The position numbers and the translations under genes are program-made. Under the pieces are notes generated by a model that worked only from the letters and a program-made list of their open reading frames with translations, was not told where the DNA came from and made no database searches. This document shows, piece after piece, positions 57,848-64,000 of a DNA stretch of 64,000 nt (positions within the stretch are counted from its first letter, which is position 1; each line of letters begins with the position of its first letter). This stretch comes from Orbicella franksi. Taxonomy: Eukaryota. The stretch spans positions 29,326,001 through 29,390,000 of the forward strand of contig OZ116702.1 in NCBI GenBank assembly GCA_964199315.1, in the 5' to 3' direction.

Positions 57848-60800
57848 TTTTATTTATCTATTTTACACCTGCTGGGAAAGTCTTTAAACTTGGTACATTT
57901 ATACCGGCATTCGATTGTATTTCTAAGATCATGATAATTTTTTTCATTCTCCCTGTTCAGAGATGACGTGTGGGCAACATGTCTACGTGATGGTTATTTC
58001 TTCCACGGATTTTTCACCGTTGGGCGAAATTTCTTGGCTGACATTGGGCAGGGTCAGTGCTGTAAACCGGATAGCCATCCAGATCGAGACGGGTCCTGTA
58101 GAGACGTTGATGTGGATTTCACAGAAGATGGAACAGAACAGTGTCCTGACGGGTTTTTCATGAAAGGATTGTATAAAGCAAAATGTTCTACTATTGACTG
58201 TCTAACTCAAATCAGATGCTGCCGAATGGTTCCAGGTAAGAAAATTGTGTTAGTTCCCGTACCCAAAAAGTTTTAAACAGGGCGCCGCTCCGCCTCGCGG
58301 TCTAAACCCTTAAGGCGGGGGTACACCCGAATTTGAGTGAACTTTTAAGTGGTTTATAGAAGGGCAAGAGACTCTCTTAAGAAGGGATAGAAGAAAGAAA
58401 ATTATTTTTGGAACACCACCAGACAGTTGACCCCCACGCAAGAGCACCCCAGGTTGTCAGGGGACTGCTTTGGTGTCCATTTACTAATTTTTAACTTCAA
58501 ATTCAAATTTTAAAATTACATTAAGTCTTAAATATTTGTTATTTCTCCAAATTTTACTAATCCTTTGAGAAAAACTATCTCTTCCCAAAAATCACCCAAA
58601 AATTTACAAAACACCGCTAAACATAGCTTTGTGAAATGAGCATAGGGTCTTTGGATTACTTAAAACGCGAACGAGATATTTGCATTAAACCCAAGTTTAG
58701 CGGAGGAAAAACGGGCTTCAGGTGTACCCCCGCCTTAACCCCTTCGTACACTTTCGATAGAAAATGGTCCCCCTTTCACATTTTGACAGAAGGGATGCTG
58801 CTTCTCTGTTCTTAATTTTTTGCTTGAATCAGACTCCTTTAAATATTGTCATAAATTGACCGTTTGGTGGGTCTCGTCGAGATATGTTGAAAGGTCCTTT
58901 TAAATTTTCTCTACCCGTTTCTATACTCCAACCCGTGAAATCCCTATCCCTTTAAATACCTACAGTCTAAAAAGTTACCTCTCTCAGGTGGAGCCTCCCC
59001 ACCCCTACCCTCTAACCGTGAGTTCACTGGTTTTGTAATAACTCTCACGGCATATCGAAACGCAAGACAACCACATCGGGTTTATCACAAAATAATTAAA
59101 ATCAGAACTTGAAGGCGGACTCATGTCCAGGCCCTCAAAATTGAAAGGCATGAATTTCCAACACTTTGCCATGAGTAGGACACTGTAGTAAGAAAAATTG
59201 CGAAACAACAAGAAGACATGAGCATAAACGCTATCTGAAATTGAGCTCACATAAACTCAACCGCGGCCATTATTGCTGTGTTTATTTCCGGTTCTCTCTC
59301 TCACACACAGGAAGAGTTGATGGCGGTTGGTCAGAGTGGGGAGACTGGGATGACTGTACTGTAACTTGTGGGGGTGGTAGGCAATTTCGTCAACGCACCT
59401 GTTCAAACCCACCGCCATCAGGAGGCGGAAACATCTGTGCAGGACTGCCTTTTGAGTCGCAATCTTGTAACGTGAATCCGTGTCCAGGTACGTTGTGTTT
59501 AATATGGAATGATGACACGAGGTAAATATAAAATAAAGGAATTCGTGAATCGCAAGGAGACTAAAATTACATAGTTCAGACGGGCACCTGAAGAAGTCTG
59601 GTTAAAGTACACAATTTCAAGTCATTCTACGCTGTATCGGTCTCTGCTTTTAAAAAATTCCTCATTTATGTGTTAAGCCGATTAGATTACTATTGATCCA
59701 ACGTATACCACCAGTAGGATCATCATCCACGGTTCAGTGCTGCTTGCTTGAACATTTATGAATACATAGATTACTGAAGAACTTATAGGGGTAACACTCA
59801 TATTCACTCAGTAGCGCTCGCTACCGTTAAAACACTAAAACATTAACAGTTAAGAGAGCAGCTAAGGGATTAAAACTAAAATTCTCAAGCAATGATGCCT
59901 ATGTTACTACCATCGCTAAAATTTGACTTCTAATGCCATTCATTAGCTTTTATCCCTAACTTTATTCATCCGCTTCATGGTTTTATTGTGAAATTTAGCC
60001 GCTCAAAAAATAAATTATTTTAAGTTTAGTAAGTCTTCTTATTAGTTTTAATTTCATGACGCATGCACAGTTGATGGAGATTGGTCTGACTGGTCAGATT
60101 GGGGTGCCTGCAGTGCTCCATGCGGCGGTGGAACCCAACAGCGCAGTCGCACTTGCACCAATCCTCCTCCGTCTAATGGTGGAGCGCAGTGCAGTGGGGA
60201 CTCGACCGAGTCTCAAAGGTGCAATGACGACCCTTGCGGACGTGAGTAATAGAAAACAAAACATCCGAATTTCTTGTTATGTATTGGTCAGGTCGCGTAT
60301 TATGTAATCAACCAAAAAATAGAGTGAGAAAATTGAACCTAGGTCCCGCGCTTAGCTTCGGTTTGCGATTAATGGCGTCACAAATGGAAGAGAGAGAAGA
60401 CACTCGGTGGAATTGTTATTTACATGGACAGCTTTTTGATGGTGACTAAAATTCTATCTATATTTTTGTCAATCATTTAATAATTTAAAATGATCCATTA
60501 CTAATAATAGGCTATATTTAGAAAAATTTATATATGTCAAAAACTAATGGAAAAATCTGTCTGCATAGTAAATTACTGTCGTTTTGATATTTAAAGAAGA
60601 CAGCCCTTTTGAGCACGCGCATGTCACATAGATCAAAATTGACTGCATCTGTTTCTTTGTAAATTGTCAATTTGTAACGTCTTTGAATTGCATGACCTAA
60701 GTTCTAAATCTTTGCACGCATTACGTGCGTATGTTTCAATATTTTCTTTTTCTTCTAGCTGTGAATGGTGGTTGGAGCCAGTGGTCATCTTGGTCAGACT

Positions 60801-62552
60801 GCACTTACAACTGCGGTGGAGGAAAACAAACAAGAAGTCGCAGTTGCACCAATCCTCCACCTGCAAATGGCGGAAAAGACTGCCGTGGAAAAAAGTCAGG
60901 GTCGCAGTCATGCAACGAGCAGGAATGCAGTAAGTTCCGTTACTGATAGCTGGGCTGATGATAATAGCCACAAACAACATATAATAAACCAATCAAAATA
61001 TGCCTGCATCTGATTGGCTGAAAAGACAAAAACATCAGGAGTAACTGAACCAATGAAATAGCTTAGAAACACAAATCAAAGCAAACCAGAAAGTGCTTTC
61101 CAAAGTGATTTGAAACCCTCTATACCTACTACTAATTCTCTCACTCGCTCAGTCAGTCAGTCAATCCATCCATCCATCCATCCATCCATCCATCCGTTCG
61201 TCCATCCATCTAGCCGTCAGTCCGTCCATTCGTACATCGATTCATTCATTTTTTACTCATTCGTTCGTTTTTCCGGCCATCATGTTATTTAGTTTTTAAG
61301 TCGATTTTAGCATGGGGCTAGCCTCTTAAAAGTTTATAATCTCATTTTCTTTGCATTCAGAAAGGTAAAACCTCTACATTTATTCTGCAAGCACATTGAA
61401 CAGGCATAATTATAGAAAAGTACAACTTCGTGCAAGGGAGCCAATTTCAGTGAAAAATGAACGACTCACCCTAGTACGGAGCGTGTCATTATAAATTAAT
61501 ATTTTGTTTCTTCTTCAGAGTTCAGCGACTGGAGCAAATGGGGCAAATGTAGCAAAACTTGTGGTTTTGGTACAAAGGAAAGAACAAGGACATGTAACAG
61601 TGCTCCACCCTGTAATGGAAACACTACAAAGACCAAGAAATGCGCGAGAAAGCCGTGCAGTGAGTATTTGTATTGTTTATTGTTCTATTCTTGGTCTTGG
61701 CCCATACGATTCGTGAGTAGGTTATCTATAGACCTTCCCTTACCATACAGTAGTTCGACGCGTCTAAATGAGTATACAGTGCACTCCTGATTAATACGAT
61801 ATGCAGAACATGTGTTTTTTTCTTTCTAAAGATCATTGAAAGAGCTAGGCTTCTCGCTCTCGTTTTAATACGTGAATGGTCAATGAGGCACAGTCGAGTT
61901 GACTATCGCTCACAGAGGGCGAGTAGTCTACTTGTTTTAGGAGACACTCTTATGTATTGAAGTTCAACTGAAAAACCTAAAAAAAAACTACGTGCGATCG
62001 TGTTCTATCAGCGCATATAGAACAATGCAAGAACCAATCAGATTCGTGAATTTTCAATAGTACACGGGATAGAAGGTAATTTTTAATATCCCAAGTTCAT
62101 CTTCTAGCTAGCGTTTTTAGATCAATTAAGGTTCTACATTATCTGTACAAACCTGAAGAATGCTACTGATTTCAGACCAAATAGAAATCAAAAATAGTAC
62201 AGTGAGGCAGTGTTACGATTTTCCGTCTCCGAGAAATAACCGAGCCTGCGATTTGCCTTGCCAGATGTTGCTATGAAGACTGATGTGACGTTATGTATGT
62301 TCCAGGACGAGCTGCCATGAAATATATACGAATCAGAATCTCTTCTGCCACTTATAAATGAGGATCTGAAATATAAAAGCGCAGTCGAATCCATTTTCTA
62401 AAAGAGCTGGATGAGTTTCTTGACAGCAACTACCCTTTTCCTGGCTTTCGCTAAAATATCACAAGTCAAAACCGGAAACGAGGAGTCAAAGTTTTGGACA
62501 AGAGAAGGGTGATCGAGGCAAAGATCATTTTCATTTTATCTCTGCAGAATGA
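57183..62552 (+). CDS. Secreted triple Cys-repeat + 4x TSP1 protein, copy 2 (~410 aa)
   Basis: Exons 57183-57475, 57961-58235, 59311-59487, 60071-60241, 60759-60929, 61519-61659 and a tentative 62548-62552. Confidence 0.8.
57557..57845 (+). mobile_element. tRNA-derived SINE (right arm only)
   Basis: A box GGTGGCGCAGTGG, B box GGTTCGATTCC, AATAAA and an (ATTT)n tail. Confidence 0.8.
58314..58734. mobile_element. Non-autonomous DNA transposon with TTAA TSD (Kolobok-like ends; right arm only)
   Basis: TIR GGCGGGGGTACACC / GGTGTACCCCCGCC flanked by TTAA; single TTAA at the empty site in the left arm (~16663). Confidence 0.75.
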
Positions 62553-64000
62553 AGCAGCCAACAGACGGGATCAGGAAACACGGCGGTGCAAGATGTTCTA
62601 ACAGTGGAATAATATAGGGTCAGATGTGGAATGATAAGGGGATATAATCATCATTATCGTCGGAATGTAATAACCTTAAGTTCTTAAGGAAATAAAGCTT
62701 GTGGGTTCAATCATTGAAGGGTGATCGTCCTCATTTAATATTTTTCCGTTTGCAATCAAGTTCGTTGGTGGCTGATAAATCAAACAAAACATACTGAGAC
62801 TAAAACACAGGGAGGAGGGGGACATTGGGATTTGCGATATTTTTCATGCGGTATTTCGGCAATTTTAATATTGAATTGCGGTAATTGGAAATAAGAGATG
62901 TCCTAACTGCCACCCTACCCTCTCCTCCCCTCCCCCCTCGCATTTAGATCCTTACCCTTCCTCTACGCCTCGAGGACTCGTCATATACGCTACTGGACTT
63001 TATACTCCAATAAACACAAGCGAGGAGTGATCAAGTCCTCAACTTCTCTCTGCCACGTTATTTTTTTCAGGGTTCCAACCCCACCGTCACCGGGAGGGAC
63101 CCGTGCTCAGTTCGCACTCAGTCTACCGCGGAAATCTCATAAACTAATAACGGTCTGCAGTAGGCCGTAACGGAAAAGAGTTCTAACGGTGCCTAATGAA
63201 AACTAACTGAACATGGACTGAATGTTTGAACATGTTGAAATTGTCGCGAGAAAGTGAAATTGGCCACGCTTGCCTTTAATTTCTTGCCCTCTCCCTCAGG
63301 AATTCGCTGACAGAACGGCCTAGTATTTTCGATACAGTGATACCCATCGCGAGTCGCTGTGGGACCGTCATGTAGGCTGGCATTCAATTGTCTTGCGCAA
63401 TTCCCGCTTGTTAAGACAAAAGGCATCGACTGACAACTCACCACCTGCGCGTACTGTTTGTTGATTTATTTCCTGAACTGAGGATGAAGAGGAGGAAATT
63501 ATCTTTTCTAACATTGTTAACAAGGAACAGGGAGTCAGAAGAAAAATTATCTCTTTTACACTCTATACAATTGTAAAAAAAAATGTCCATTCTTCTCGCA
63601 ATACAGAACATTGAAGAAAACGTGAGAAAAAGGGAGGTGATTTCCGATTTGCTTTCTTCTTTGATTCCTGAAAATGTTTTGCGTTGATGTTCTGTTCAGG
63701 TGGTCGGATTGTTGAAAATGTTAATTTACCGTGTGGGACTAAATCTGTTTGCGACGGCAAGTTATTCTCATTGAATAGAAGAGCCAAGAAGAGTACCAAA
63801 TAAACCCAAATCTTACTTTAGACATCATTTGGAGTTTTACTCATATACAGCGAGTTTCGTCTTACTTTCTAAATTTATCCGCTAAAAAATGGTCTATTTT
63901 CGAAAGCGGCCGGGTTTGTTGTGTGAAACAACAGCAGAAAGTCCAGTTTGCGGGTAATAAGATGCACTGAACATTGCGACGAGGCAAAATAATTGCCCGC

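Larger units (their letters stand above)
38401..62800 (-). repeat. Right arm of ~50-kb inverted duplication
   Basis: Mirror of 12754-37442; similarity ends at ATACTGAGAC (62791-62800). Confidence 0.95.

Noticed and set aside
63000-64000. Short ORFs 63193..63444 and 63563..63799
   Set aside because: No motifs or supporting splice structure recognised.

Overview
Eukaryotic, intron-rich host DNA, probably a stony coral or other anthozoan (inferred from repeat types and gene content). Bases 1-8655 are the right part of an integrated Polinton/Maverick (adintovirus-like) element. It carries two tandem penton (minor capsid) paralogues, an rve-chromodomain integrase broken by one in-frame TAG, about 5.5 kb of small accessory ORFs, and an ACTACT terminus (AGTAGT on the minus strand). 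The most unusual features lie in its accessory block. There are two Pol III tRNA genes: an initiator-Met-derived tRNA with a CAC anticodon 4 nt after a zf-GRF gene, and a tRNA-His(GUG) inside a predicted spliceosomal intron. Several viral ORFs also appear to be reached by splicing. Bases ~12754-62800 form a ~50 kb imperfect palindrome with ~25 kb arms and a 958-bp spacer inside an RTE retrotransposon. It duplicates two secreted-protein genes: a triple Cys-repeat + 4xTSP1 gene and a C-type lectin-4xEGF-Ig-CILP-like gene. The arms differ in a mosaic way: arm-specific TEs, a micro-inversion, a 60-bp in-frame deletion and a strongly diverged lectin face. All coordinates and alignments were worked out by eye. 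pPolB, ATPase, protease and major capsid genes were not recognised and presumably lie left of the window.
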